A DNA stretch of 64,000 nt, taken from the NCBI GenBank assembly GCA_963790205.1, contig CAWBNQ010000011.1, forward strand, positions 123,304 through 187,303, in the 5' to 3' direction. This stretch comes from Nitrospirota bacterium. Lineage in GTDB: Bacteria; Nitrospirota; UBA9217. A program made the position numbers and the translations under genes. Below the pieces are notes generated by a model. It searched no databases and was not told where the DNA came from. It was given only the letters and a program-made list of their open reading frames with translations. This document shows positions 36,815 through 47,405 of this stretch, one piece after another (position 1 is the first letter of the stretch; each line of letters starts with the position of its first letter).

Positions 36815-38338
36815 GTGGATCGTCACCCTCACGGTGATGACCGGCACGATCATGGCCGCCCTCGATTCGAGCATCGTGAACGTGGCTTTGCCGTACATGC
36901 GCGGCAGTTTGAGCGCCACCATCGAGGAGATCACCTGGGTCGCCACGGGATACATCCTCTCGAACGTGATCATCATGCCGATCGTGGGCATGCTCTCGGC
37001 GCGCTGAAGAAATTCTACCTCCTCAGCATCGTAGGCTTCACGATCAGCTCCATGCTCTGCGGCATGGCCTGGGACCTCACGTCCATGGTCGTTTTCCGCG
37101 TGATCCAGGGCATGGGCGGGGGCGCGCTCATCCCCGTGTCCCAGGCGATCCTGCGCGAGACCTTCCCGCCTGAAGAGCAGGGAATGGCCATGGGTCTGTA
37201 CGGTTTCGGCGTCGTGCTCGGGCCCGCGTTCGGCCCGACTGTCGGCGGGTGGCTTACGGACCATTATTCCTGGCCCTGGATCTTCTACATCAACGTCCCG
37301 ATCGGGATCCTGAACGTGCTCATGGTCATGCGCTTCATCAAAGACCCGCCCTACCTGGTGCGCGAAAAAGGAAAGATCGATTTTCTTGGCCTGGGATTCA
37401 TGACCGTGGGCCTCGGCGCGCTCCAGGTCCTTCTCGAAAAAGGGGAGCAGGAGGCATGGTTCGAGTCCCACCTGATACGGTACCTCCTGATCGCTTCGCT
37501 GGCGGGAATCATCCTGTTCCTCTGGCGCGAGCTCACCTGCGACCGGCCGGCCGTTGATCTCAGGATACTGAAGGACGTGAACTTTGCCTCGGGATCGCTC
37601 ATCGGCGGGTTTCTCGGCATGGGACTCATGGGAAGCCTCTTCCTCTTACCCATGTTCCTGCAGCAGCTTCTCGGGTACCCGGCTTTAGACTCCGGGTTTA
37701 TCCAGATGCCCAGAAGTCTTGCCATGGCAATTGCGATGCCGCTGGGCGGCAGATTATATAATCGGTTGGGACCGCGGATCCTGATCGGGAGCGGGCTTAT
37801 CGTAACGGCCGTGTCTTTTTATCAGCTGTCGCGTTTATCCCTCAGCATGGGATACTTCGATGTCTTTTTCCCCCAGCTTCTGCAAGGGGCGGGGTTCGGC
37901 CTGATCTTTGTCGCCTTGAGCACCGCGGCCCTCTCGACCGTAGAAAGACCGCGTCTTACGGCCGCCGCCGGACTCTACAACGTGGTGCGCCAGGTCTTCG
38001 GCAGCATAGGCATCGCCGTGGCCGCGTCGCAGCTCACGAAATCCATGACAACGTACCATGCTCTCCTGGCGGAAAAGGTGACTGATTACAGCTCCGTCGC
38101 TTCAGGCTGGATCCAGAGCGTGGCAGGAGGTCTGCAAAGTCAGGGCGTCGATGCGGCTACGGGCAGACAAATGGCCTTATCTCTCCTGGACAACGAGCTC
38201 TCACGCCAGGCAGGCATGATGGCGTACAATCACCTGTTTTTTCTTGTCACGACGCTTTTTATCATTTCAATGCCCTTCATCTTTCTGCTGAAATCGAACA
38301 AAAAGCAGGAGGGGACAGAAGAGGTCATCGCGGAGTAG
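36798..38338 (+). CDS. EmrB/DHA2 MFS transporter, with a frameshift or short deletion near 37003
   Basis: LDSSIVNVALP, ITWVATGY, then a frame change where RFGRK is expected; FRVIQG.GGG, GPTVGGWLTD.YSWPWIFYINVPIG. Confidence 0.85.
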
Positions 38339-38485
38339 AAATTTTAAAGAACGTAAGAAGTGTTTCTCGCAGAGGCGCAGAGGTCGCAGAGAGATCAAGG
38401 ATGTTCTGTTTGCCAAGACTGTACGCCTTGGCGTTATCGTATAAAAGGCTTTTCATCCAGGTCTGTTTTTCATCAGGAGGTCTGC

Positions 38486-39133
38486 ATGACGGAAAAAAGA
38501 ACGATGGCCATAACCATTTCGCGGCAAATGGCGAGCGGCGGAGCTTATATCGGCCATCTCCTTGCCAGAAAGCTCGGCTACAAGTACGTTGAACGGGAAA
38601 TTCTGCACATCGCGGCCAAGGAACTCGGTGTCGATATTTCCGAGCTTTCCAAGCTCGATGAGCGACATGCGAGTTTTGTTGAAAATCTCATGCAAAGCTT
38701 TGTTTTCGGCACGCCCGAAGCGGCCTACGTTCCTCCCTCGCGGCGGCCAGTCTATGATCAGGAGCTCTTCGAAACAGAATCCAAGATTATCACCGCAATT
38801 GCGAACCGGCATAATGCGGTCATTGTGGGCCGCGGCGGATATTTTGTGCTGCGCGGCGGGCCAGGCGTGGTGAATGTGTTCATCCATGCGCCCATGGATT
38901 TTCGCGTCAAACGGCTTCAACAATTTCACGAAATTTCAGCGGAGCAGGCGCGGGAAGAGGTCGAGAGCTCCGACCGCATGCGAGAAAAGTTCCTCAGGAC
39001 CATGACGGACACGGAACGGTATGATGCGCGAAACTACCACCTTTGCATCGACGCTGAGGCCGCCGGCTTTGAGGCGGCGGTGCGGATGATCGTCGAACTC
39101 GCGGAAAAGAAGAAACGCGACCTCGGGATCTGA
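38486..39133 (+). CDS. Cytidylate kinase-like family protein
   Basis: ITISRQMASGG, VIVGRGG, VFIHAP, SDRMR, YHLCID; SD AGGAGG. Confidence 0.85.
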   Translation: MTEKRTMAITISRQMASGGAYIGHLLARKLGYKYVEREILHIAAKELGVDISELSKLDERHASFVENLMQSFVFGTPEAAYVPPSRRPVYDQELFETESKIITAIANRHNAVIVGRGGYFVLRGGPGVVNVFIHAPMDFRVKRLQQFHEISAEQAREEVESSDRMREKFLRTMTDTERYDARNYHLCIDAEAAGFEAAVRMIVELAEKKKRDLGI

Positions 39134-39207
39134 TCGTCTCCCGCACGTCCTTTACTTTTCCTCGACAAACCTTTCAAAATAATCTACTATTATTCATAGC
39201 ATTGCCT

Positions 39208-41668
39208 ATGGACGACCTCAAGACCATTCTCGACCGCATCAGGAAACCCCTTGCCTTCGCCAGCAGGGACGACTTCGCCCATCTCAAGAGCCTGGCCGAT
39301 CCGGGACTCTTTATCAAAAAACAGATCGATGACCTGAAGCATGTCACGAAAGATAAAAATATTGATAGTCTCCGTGAATTTGAAAATCTTTTTTCGGATT
39401 TTGACAGGCTTGCCCCGGAACTGAAAAAAGAACGGATCAGAAAAGCTTCGCAGATGCTGGATGCGTTCGAGAACGCGCATTGGCAATCCACGCATCCAAG
39501 CGCATCACCTCCCCCGGAGCCTGCGCTAATACGATCGTCTCCTGAAAGTCCGCACCTTGCTTCCCTGAAACCCGACACCCCTATTCAGTATTGCAAGGGC
39601 ATCGGCCCCAAGCGGGCGGGGCTGCTGAATAAAATCGGCATTGTTACGGTAGAAGACGCGCTCTTTTATCTCCCGTGGCGCTACGAGGACCGCGGTAATC
39701 TCATGAAGATCGGCAGGCTTAGCTATGGTTCTTATGAGACGGTGTCGGGTAAGGTGGTCTCTGCCGAGGTGGCGTCAGACCAAGAGGCAGCGGGTAAAGA
39801 TCTTTGAACTTGTCATCGCCGACGGGAGCGGCATGCTTGTGGGCTCCTGGTTCAACCAGCCCTTCATGAAAAAAGCGTTCAAGCCGGGGCAGAAGGTCAT
39901 CCTTTCAGGCATCGTGAAATCCAATCCGTACCGGGGCGGCCTCCCGCAGATCGACAATCCCGATTATGAAATCATAGACGAAGACGATGCGGACAACCTG
40001 ATCCATACGGGGAGGACCGTGCCGATCTACCGTACAACCGCCGGATTGTCGGTGCGCTATCTTCGGAGCATGATGAAGGCGATCCTCGATTCCTGCGGCG
40101 CTTCGGTACCCGAAGCCCTGCCGGACTATCTGAGAAAAAAATACGCCTTCCCCCGGGCAGCTGAGTCCCTTGCAGAGGTCCACTTTCCGGCAGAGGAGCA
40201 GGACATCGCCGTTCTCAACCGGGGCATGAGCCCGGCGCACCGAAGGCTGAGCTTCGAGGAGCTTTTTACGCTTGAACTTGGCCTTTCACTCAAAAAGCGC
40301 GGCGTAATGCTCGAGAAAAAAGGCATCTCCTTCAAGGACGTCGGCGTTCTCGAAGCCGAACTCAGGAAAAATCTTCCGTTTAAGTTGACCAATGCGCAGG
40401 AGCGGGTCATCTCGGAGATCAAGAATGACATGACCGCGGACCGGCCGATGAACCGTCTGGTGCAGGGGGACGTAGGATGCGGCAAGACCATTGTTGCCAT
40501 GATCGCATCGCTCATGGCTGTGGAGAACGGGTACCAGGCTTGCATCATGGCGCCCACGGAGATCCTCGCCGAGCAACATTATAAGAACATTTCAACTATG
40601 GCCCGCTCGCTCGGCGTCACCGTGAGGCCGCTGACGGGACGCATCAGGAAAAAAGAAAAGGAGGTATTGCTCTCCGAGATCGCTTCCGGGTCGGCGCAGA
40701 TCGTGGTCGGCACACACGCGCTCATCGAAGGGACCGTGAAGTTCCATCGCCTGGGTCTCGCCGTCATCGACGAGCAGCACCGGTTCGGCGTGATGCAGCG
40801 CTCGACGCTTACTTCCAAGGGATACGAACCCGACGTGCTCGTCATGACCGCGACCCCGATCCCGCGCACCCTGGCGCTCACGGTCTACGGCGACCTCGAC
40901 GTTTCCGTGATCGACGAGATGCCGCCCGGCAGGAGCCCGGTCGTCACCAAACTCTATTTCGAGTCCCGTCGCGGGGAAGCATACCGGTTTATCGAAAGCG
41001 AGCTCAGGAAAGACCGGCAGGTGTACGTGGTCTATCCCCTGGTGGAAGAAACGGAGAAAAGCGACCTCAAGGCCGCGACCGAGATGGCGGCCCATCTGCA
41101 GAAAGATGTCTTCCCGAACTGGAAGATCGGGTTGCTGCACGGCAGGATGAAAGGGGACGAGAAAAAAGCAGTCATGATCTCCTTTAAGGCCGGAGAAATA
41201 CATATTCTGGTATCGACCACGGTCGTCGAGGTCGGGGTGGACGTGCCGAACGCTGCGGTCATGGTGATCGAACATCCTGAGCGGTTCGGCCTTGCCCAGC
41301 TTCATCAGCTCCGCGGAAGGGTCGGCAGGGGGAAGCACCAGTCGTACTGCATTCTCATGGGGCCGCGTATGTTCGCCGAAGAGGCGAGAGAGCGGCTCAA
41401 TGCCTTCGCGCGCACGAACGACGGCTTCAGGATCGCCGAGGAAGACCTGAGGCTTCGCGGCCCGGGAGAGTTCTTCGGCACGCGTCAGTCGGGCCTGCCG
41501 GATCTGCGCGCGGCAAACATTATCCGTGACGCGGACCTGCTCGAACAAGCGCGTACGGAGGCCTTTAAACTTGTCCAGGAAGATCCCGCGCTTGCACAGT
41601 ATCCGCGGCTTCGTGAGGCCCTCCGGAGAAAGTGGCAGGGGAAGCTTGGGCTCATCAACGTAGGTTGA
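39208..41668 (+). CDS. recG: ATP-dependent DNA helicase RecG, with one frameshift near 39773
   Basis: GIGPKRA...LPWRYEDR in ORF 39202; WFNQP, QGDVGCGKT, APTEILAEQH, DEQH, MTATPIPRT, QLHQLRGRVGRG, RGPGE in ORF 39725. Confidence 0.95.
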
Positions 41669-41812
41669 TATTTTTATGGTATTCTGATACAGTAAAACAA
41701 GTCCAAAGAAAGACGGAAGGCGTCAATCGTGTAGCGGAAGGGGTTCAACTCTGTTATCCCTCCCCTTACGACCGACCCCTTACCTCTCTTGGGTTTATCA
41801 GGGGTTAACGGA

Positions 41813-42178
41813 ATGACTATCTGGGAAAAAGCGGTCCTCAATATGCAAAGAGGAGCACAAAGACTTTCCGCCGCCGCAGTAATTATTTCAGAGAGGCTGA
41901 AGGCCGAGATAACGATCGCGCGCCTGCGGATCAGGCTTGACGAGGTCAAGTCCCAAATCGATGAACGATACCGGATCATCGGCCGCAGGGTCGTTAACCT
42001 TGCGAATGGGGATGCGTTACCAAAGACTTCAGAGCAGCTTGTTAAAGACGAGGAGATCGCAGCAGCAATAACCGAGATCGAGGCCCGTAAAAAAGAGAGG
42101 GAAGACCTGCACGACGAAATAGCGAACGAACAGGCGGCGTTTAAACCTTCGACAAAACATGAGGGGTCACCGCTATGA
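41813..42178 (+). CDS. Hypothetical coiled-coil protein
   Basis: Helical 121-aa ORF overlapping the pilD start (ATGA). Confidence 0.65.
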   Translation: MTIWEKAVLNMQRGAQRLSAAAVIISERLKAEITIARLRIRLDEVKSQIDERYRIIGRRVVNLANGDALPKTSEQLVKDEEIAAAITEIEARKKEREDLHDEIANEQAAFKPSTKHEGSPL

Positions 42179-43002
42179 TCTACGCCATCGCCCTCGTTTT
42201 CGGCCTCCTCGTCGGCAGTTTTCTCAATGTCTGCATCGTACGGCTGCCGAAGGGCCGCTCGATCATCAGCCCTCCCTCGCACTGTCCCCGGTGCAAAGAG
42301 AGTATCAAATTCTACGATAATATTCCCGTCATCAGCTTTCTGCTGCTTCGCGGCAAGTGCCGGAAATGCGGCGAACCTATCTCCTGGCGCTATCCGCTCG
42401 TGGAGCTCATGAACGGTCTTTTCTATGTCTGGATCGTCCGGGACTTCTGGCTCGGCGGAGAGTCGTTCCTGCTGATGGCCTTCTGCTCATCGCTCATCGT
42501 CATCACCTTTATCGATTTCGATTTTATGATCATCCCCGATACCATCACCCTGCCGGGGATACTTCTTGGTGTGACGATCGGCCCCTTCTACATGTCGGCC
42601 TTGAATGAGCCGCTCCCGTTCCAGCTCGGCCGCTTCATGCCCCACGCATGGCCCTACCTCATCAGCTTTCTGAATTCCGTCATCGGCATGTTCTGCGGGG
42701 CTTTGCCGCTCCTCGCGATCGGATGGATATGGGAGAAACTTAGGCACGAAGAAGGCATGGGTGGCGGAGATGTGAAGCTCATGGGCATGATTGGGGCGTT
42801 TCTCGGATGGAAAGGGGCGTTTTTGACGATCTTTCTCGGCGCCATCGTCGGCTCGGTTGTCGGAATTACGCTCAGAATGCTGAAACTCGTCAAAAGGGGT
42901 CAACTGATCCCCTTCGGTCCTTTTCTTGCCTTGGGCGCGGTAGTGATGGCGTTTTATGGCCCCGATATCATCGCATGGTATCTGGGCCTGATGCGCATAT
43001 GA
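42175..43002 (+). CDS. pilD: Prepilin peptidase/N-methyltransferase
   Basis: GSFLNVCIVRLP, SHCPRC, RGKCRKC, FID, GMGGGDVKL, IPFGPFL. Confidence 0.95.
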   Translation: MIYAIALVFGLLVGSFLNVCIVRLPKGRSIISPPSHCPRCKESIKFYDNIPVISFLLLRGKCRKCGEPISWRYPLVELMNGLFYVWIVRDFWLGGESFLLMAFCSSLIVITFIDFDFMIIPDTITLPGILLGVTIGPFYMSALNEPLPFQLGRFMPHAWPYLISFLNSVIGMFCGALPLLAIGWIWEKLRHEEGMGGGDVKLMGMIGAFLGWKGAFLTIFLGAIVGSVVGITLRMLKLVKRGQLIPFGPFLALGAVVMAFYGPDIIAWYLGLMRI

Positions 43003-44261
43003 CCATGCATCCTTTTTCCATACTGGTCCTCGGTTTCCTTATCATTTTGTTCGGGTCTGCCCTGCTTTGGGGCATGGCGCGGCGCTACCGACGCGAGCTC
43101 GGCATCCACAAGGAAGAGCGGGAAAAGACCCCGGACACGGCCTTCATCATCAATGCTTTTCATGATGTAACGAAACAACTTAAGGAAAAAGAAAAAGAGC
43201 TCCAGAGGCTCAAATCACTCGCGGAGCAGCGCGCGGAGAACTTCGAGAGCTATAACGAAAACATCCTTCAGTGCGTCACGAGCGGGGTGATGACCTTTGA
43301 CAGGAACTGTTCACTGACAACGATCAACCGCGCTGCCGAAGAGATACTCGCCCTGCACCGTGAGCAGGCTGTCGGCAAGGGCTGCCGCGAGCTGTTCGAC
43401 GACGGCGACATAACCCGGGCATTACAGGAAACCATGGAAAGAAAGGCGCCGTCAGCAAGGATGGAGGCGATGCTCGACCGTCCGGCAGGAAAGATCTGGC
43501 TCGGGTTCAACACCGCGGTACTGACCGATCGGCAGGGAGAGGCGCTCGGCGTCATCCTCTCCTTTTCCGACCTGACCGAGGTCAAACGCCTGCAGGAACA
43601 GATCGAACTGCGGGAGCGACTGATCGCGCTCGGCGAGATGTCGGCGGGCATCGCCCATGAACTCCGAAACCCCATGGCCGTGATCAGCGGTTATCTCAGT
43701 CTGCTGGCAAAGAAGATCGATACTGCCGGTCAGATAATCATCCACGACATCACGGGCGAGATCAACGGCATGAACCGGATCATCGGCGATCTTTTGACCT
43801 TCGCGCGGCCCGCATCGCTGAACCGTGTCAAGGTCAATATCAGGGAAATGATCGAGACCTGCGTCGCGAACGTGCTTCAGGCCACAGCCTCCGATTCACG
43901 CGTCAAGGCCGTCATGCATGTCGATGATATCACGATCTCCGTCGACGAGGTGCTCATGCGGCAGGCCTTCACCAACCTGTTCCAGAATGCTGTCGAGGCC
44001 ATGCCCGAAGCCGGCACCCTTACCATCGAGGCCCTCAGGGACCGGGACTTGAAGATCGTGATCCGCGACACCGGCATGGGCATTCCTTCCGCACAGCTCA
44101 AGAAGATATTCCTTCCCTTTTTCACGACCAAGGACCGGGGAGTGGGTCTCGGCCTTGCGCTCGTGCATAAGATCATCCTGTCCCATGGCGGAGGGGTTGA
44201 AGCGGAAAGCAGGAAGGGTGAAGGAACCACGTTTACGGTAACGCTCCCGGCGAGGTACTGA
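42999..44261 (+). CDS. PAS sensor histidine kinase (PilS/NtrB-like)
   Basis: One TM, PAS, AHELRNP, NLFQNA, DTGMG, PFFTTK, GLGL. Confidence 0.9.
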   Translation: MTMHPFSILVLGFLIILFGSALLWGMARRYRRELGIHKEEREKTPDTAFIINAFHDVTKQLKEKEKELQRLKSLAEQRAENFESYNENILQCVTSGVMTFDRNCSLTTINRAAEEILALHREQAVGKGCRELFDDGDITRALQETMERKAPSARMEAMLDRPAGKIWLGFNTAVLTDRQGEALGVILSFSDLTEVKRLQEQIELRERLIALGEMSAGIAHELRNPMAVISGYLSLLAKKIDTAGQIIIHDITGEINGMNRIIGDLLTFARPASLNRVKVNIREMIETCVANVLQATASDSRVKAVMHVDDITISVDEVLMRQAFTNLFQNAVEAMPEAGTLTIEALRDRDLKIVIRDTGMGIPSAQLKKIFLPFFTTKDRGVGLGLALVHKIILSHGGGVEAESRKGEGTTFTVTLPARY

Positions 44262-44265
44262 ATGC

Positions 44266-45648
44266 ATGGCTGATATCATACTCGTTATCGAAGACAAGGA
44301 AAGCATGCTCGACATGCTCAAACAGACCCTCGAGGCTGAAGGCTACCGGGTGCTCCCCGCCAGGGACGGGTCCGAAGGGATCAGAAAGCTCGCTGACGAG
44401 CGGATCGGGTTGGTGCTCACGGACCTCAAGCTCCCGAAGAAAGACGGTTTCGAGGTGCTCAAGGCCGTGAAAGAGGACAGCCCGCTCCTGCCGGTCATCG
44501 TCATGACCGCTTTCGGCACGATCGAGACCGCGGTCAAGGCCGTAAAACAGGGGGCTTACGATTTTCTCACCAAGCCCTTCGACACGGACCACCTGCTCGT
44601 GCTTATCAAGCGGGCGCTGGATGCCACGCGCATTGCCGCGGAAAATATTCTGTTGAAGGAAGAATTCGCGGACAGGCTCGGCCTGCCGAAGATCATCGGC
44701 AAGAGCATCCCGCTGCAGGAGATCACCGCAAAGACGCAGAAGGTCGCCCCCACGAACGCCACGGTCATGATCCACGGCGAAAGCGGCACGGGCAAGGAGC
44801 TCTTCGCGCGCGCCATCCATTATCTGAGTCAGCGCAAGGACGGGCCTTTTGTGGCGATCAACTCCGCCGCCATCCCGCGGGAACTGCTCGAGAGCGAGCT
44901 CTTCGGATACGAGCGCGGCGCCTTTACCGGCGCGGACGCGCGGAAGCTCGGGAAGCTTGAACTGGCGGACAAAGGCACGGTGTTCCTGGACGAGATCGGC
45001 GACATGGACCTGGCGCTCCAGGCCAAACTGCTCCGCGTGCTCCAAGAGCAGGTGATCGAGCGCGTGGGCGGCGGCAAACCCATCAAGATCGATGTCCGCG
45101 TCGTGGCAGCGACGAACAAGGACATCGAAAAGGCCGTGGCCGCCAAACTGTTCCGCGAGGACCTGTTCTACCGGTTGAATGTGTTCCCCATCACCATACC
45201 GCCGCTCCGGGAACGGCGCGACGATATCCCGCCGCTGGCGCAGCATTTTCTGAACAAGTATTCCGCCGAAGTGCGGAAAGGGCCGCTCACCATCTCGGAT
45301 GAAGCCATGGACATTCTTATGAAATCGCCCTGGAAAGGCAATATCCGGGAACTCGAGAACGTGGTCGAGCGGGCGGTGATCTACGCCGAAGGCAGCGTGA
45401 TCCGCGCCCAGGACCTCGGTATCAGCGAATCGAGCATCCTCGACGCCCTTGCCGAGCACGTGCCCATGGATGGACCGCTCCAGGAAATCGCCGCCGCCGC
45501 AACGCGTATCGCCGAATCCCGCAGGATCAAACAAGTCCTGAAGCAGACCGGCAATAACAAGACACGGGCCGCGGATATCCTCCAGGTAAGCTACAAGACG
45601 CTCCTCACGAAGATCAAGGATTATCAGCTGGAGGAGAAGGGGGAGTGA
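44266..45648 (+). CDS. sigma54-dependent response regulator (NtrC/PilR family)
   Basis: REC domain, GESGTGKE, ESELFG, GAFTGA, LDEIG, FREDLFYRL, WKGNIREL, Fis-type HTH. Confidence 0.95.
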   Translation: MADIILVIEDKESMLDMLKQTLEAEGYRVLPARDGSEGIRKLADERIGLVLTDLKLPKKDGFEVLKAVKEDSPLLPVIVMTAFGTIETAVKAVKQGAYDFLTKPFDTDHLLVLIKRALDATRIAAENILLKEEFADRLGLPKIIGKSIPLQEITAKTQKVAPTNATVMIHGESGTGKELFARAIHYLSQRKDGPFVAINSAAIPRELLESELFGYERGAFTGADARKLGKLELADKGTVFLDEIGDMDLALQAKLLRVLQEQVIERVGGGKPIKIDVRVVAATNKDIEKAVAAKLFREDLFYRLNVFPITIPPLRERRDDIPPLAQHFLNKYSAEVRKGPLTISDEAMDILMKSPWKGNIRELENVVERAVIYAEGSVIRAQDLGISESSILDALAEHVPMDGPLQEIAAAATRIAESRRIKQVLKQTGNNKTRAADILQVSYKTLLTKIKDYQLEEKGE

Positions 45649-45803
45649 TTGAAATTTTGCACCTGGTATGAACGGTGCGAACCTTGTAATGTGCGGATTA
45701 TCAAGCTGTGAGAAATATTTTACAAGCAGTTTGGCCTCTGATATACTCGTGAAAATTTTATAATAATTAATATATTGACCTGAGTTCATGAGAATGTAAA
45801 ATT

Positions 45804-46016
45804 ATGGCGGTTCCTGATTTCCAGTCATTCTTCAAGCTTCCTGGACGTTGCAGCGGACGCCAGAGAGCACTCCATGAAAGAGGCGAGGGAAATCATTGCC
45901 AGGCGCATGAATATTGCCGAGGCTGATCTTCGCGAGTTGCTTCCGAGCCGGACGCAGACGAAATACGACAACCGAATTGCTGGGCGAAGAGTTATTTGGT
46001 CCAAGCGGATGTTTTT
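45804..46016 (+). pseudogene. mrr: Mrr restriction endonuclease N-terminal fragment (frameshifted)
   Basis: Across frames: MAVPDFQSFFK../LDVAADAREHSMKEAREIIARRMNIAEADLRELLPSRTQTKYDNRIA/WAKSYL, the Mrr_N winged-helix pattern. Confidence 0.8.
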
Positions 46017-46083
46017 GATTTGGGAAACAAAGAGAGTATAATTACGCAAGATTGAAAGTTGTCATTCCTGAAAGGAAAACCGT

Positions 46084-46317
46084 ATGAGAAAAGTTGCCCT
46101 TCCATTGGCACGACTATCATTCTCTCAAAAGCTGGATTTAATGGAGACCCTCTGGGCGGACCTGTCAAAGGACGAGAAAAAACTGGAGTCCCCGGCCTGG
46201 CATGGCGCCGTTCTCAAGGAGCGAGGAACCGCCTATGCGGCCGGCAAGCTCGCAGCGTCGGACTGGGAACAAGCTAAGAAACGAATTAAATGGCATAACC
46301 AAGCAATGGCTGATTGA
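46084..46317 (+). CDS. Putative addiction-module antitoxin component (TIGR02574-like)
   Basis: LS..QKL.LME.LW.DL......SPAWH..VL.ER......G.....DWE.AK.RI. Confidence 0.8.
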   Translation: MRKVALPLARLSFSQKLDLMETLWADLSKDEKKLESPAWHGAVLKERGTAYAAGKLAASDWEQAKKRIKWHNQAMAD

Positions 46318-46335
46318 TATGCCGGAGAAGATACG

Positions 46336-46653
46336 ATGATAGACCAGACACTTATTGCGAAAGCCACGAAACTTCTTCTCGATGCCGCACATCCGAACAA
46401 AATCATCCTGTTCGGGTCATACGGTCGGGGTGATGCAGTCGCGGAAAGTGATGTCGATCTCCTGGTGGTGGAAACCGATGTGCAGGACCGCGTCGCGGAA
46501 ATGACGCGATTGAATCGAGTGCTCAGTCCGCTGCGCATGTCGATCGACTTGCTGGTCGTGAGCCAGGAGACGTTCGACTACTGGGCAAGCACTCCGGGAA
46601 ACGTCTATTTTCAGGCAATCCAGGAAGGGAAGGTCCTGTATGAGGCAGCATGA
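46336..46653 (+). CDS. Minimal nucleotidyltransferase (MNT) antitoxin
   Basis: IILFGSYGRGD....SDVDLLVV, IDLLV, EGKVLYE. Confidence 0.9.
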   Translation: MIDQTLIAKATKLLLDAAHPNKIILFGSYGRGDAVAESDVDLLVVETDVQDRVAEMTRLNRVLSPLRMSIDLLVVSQETFDYWASTPGNVYFQAIQEGKVLYEAA

Positions 46654-47029
46654 ACAAGCCCTCCTCTTGTTGAAAAAAGCCGAAGAAGATATCACGCTCC
46701 TCTCGGAGGTTATCGCCTCGGAAAGGATCAGCAATGAAATATTCGGGTTTCATGCTCAACAAGCAGCGGAAAAATGTCTCAAGGCAATACTCTCGGAGTT
46801 GGACGTTCGCTTCGCGCGGACGCACAACCTGCGGCTGCTGATGGACCTTCTTGCCGATGCCGGCCATCCTCTTCCGTCCTCTCTCACCGATCTCGATCTT
46901 CTGACTCCCTACGGAACGTTGTTCCGGTACGAAGACATCCCCGCTCAAGTCGACCTTGACCGCAAAGAGATCTTTGAAATGATATCGGTTTTGCGATCAC
47001 TTGTTGAAAAGAAACTTAGCGCTCGTTGA
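46640..47029 (+). CDS. HEPN-domain protein paired with the MNT
   Basis: KAEED, GFHAQQAAEKCLKA, RTHNL, LTPY...RY; overlaps the MNT stop. Confidence 0.9.
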   Translation: MRQHEQALLLLKKAEEDITLLSEVIASERISNEIFGFHAQQAAEKCLKAILSELDVRFARTHNLRLLMDLLADAGHPLPSSLTDLDLLTPYGTLFRYEDIPAQVDLDRKEIFEMISVLRSLVEKKLSAR

Positions 47030-47285
47030 AAGCACTGTGGGCCGCCCAGAAATTCAGAAATTTGTTGGGGCGCTTCATGGGAAAAGAGCAAAGAAGGGCG
47101 TCTTCATCACAACAGGAAGGTTTTCCGAGGATGCCGTGAAGTACGTCGAGAGCATCGATCCCAAGGTGATCCTGATCGATGGACAAGCGCTTGCGGAACT
47201 GATGATCGATTATGGATTGGGGACGACTTCCACGGCGATGTATGAGATAAGAAGGGTGGATTCGGATTACTTTGCGGAAGAATGA
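47028..47285 (+). pseudogene. mrr: Mrr restriction endonuclease C-terminal fragment
   Basis: TVGRPEIQKFVGAL....A.KGVFITT..FS..A.......KVILIDG..LAELMIDY.LG......YEI.RVDSDYF; the catalytic D...QAK segment is absent. Confidence 0.85.
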
Positions 47286-47405
47286 TTTGCACGCCCACGA
47301 GTAGAGTCAAATGAGAATATCGTAATGTAGTGGCTTTTGGGGAAAGCACAAAAAATTGGCAGAGCCCCGAAGTTCTTACTGGACTTAATAAATAGGAGGC
47401 GACGC

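Noticed and set aside
39760-39800. Programmed frameshifting in recG (also emrB and the radical SAM gene)
   Set aside because: No slippery heptamer at the break points, and the many similar indels in the window point to sequence error.
41725-41810. CCCCTTAC repeats and hairpins upstream of the pilD cluster as an ncRNA
   Set aside because: Pairing is short and ambiguous with no recognisable family; insufficient support.
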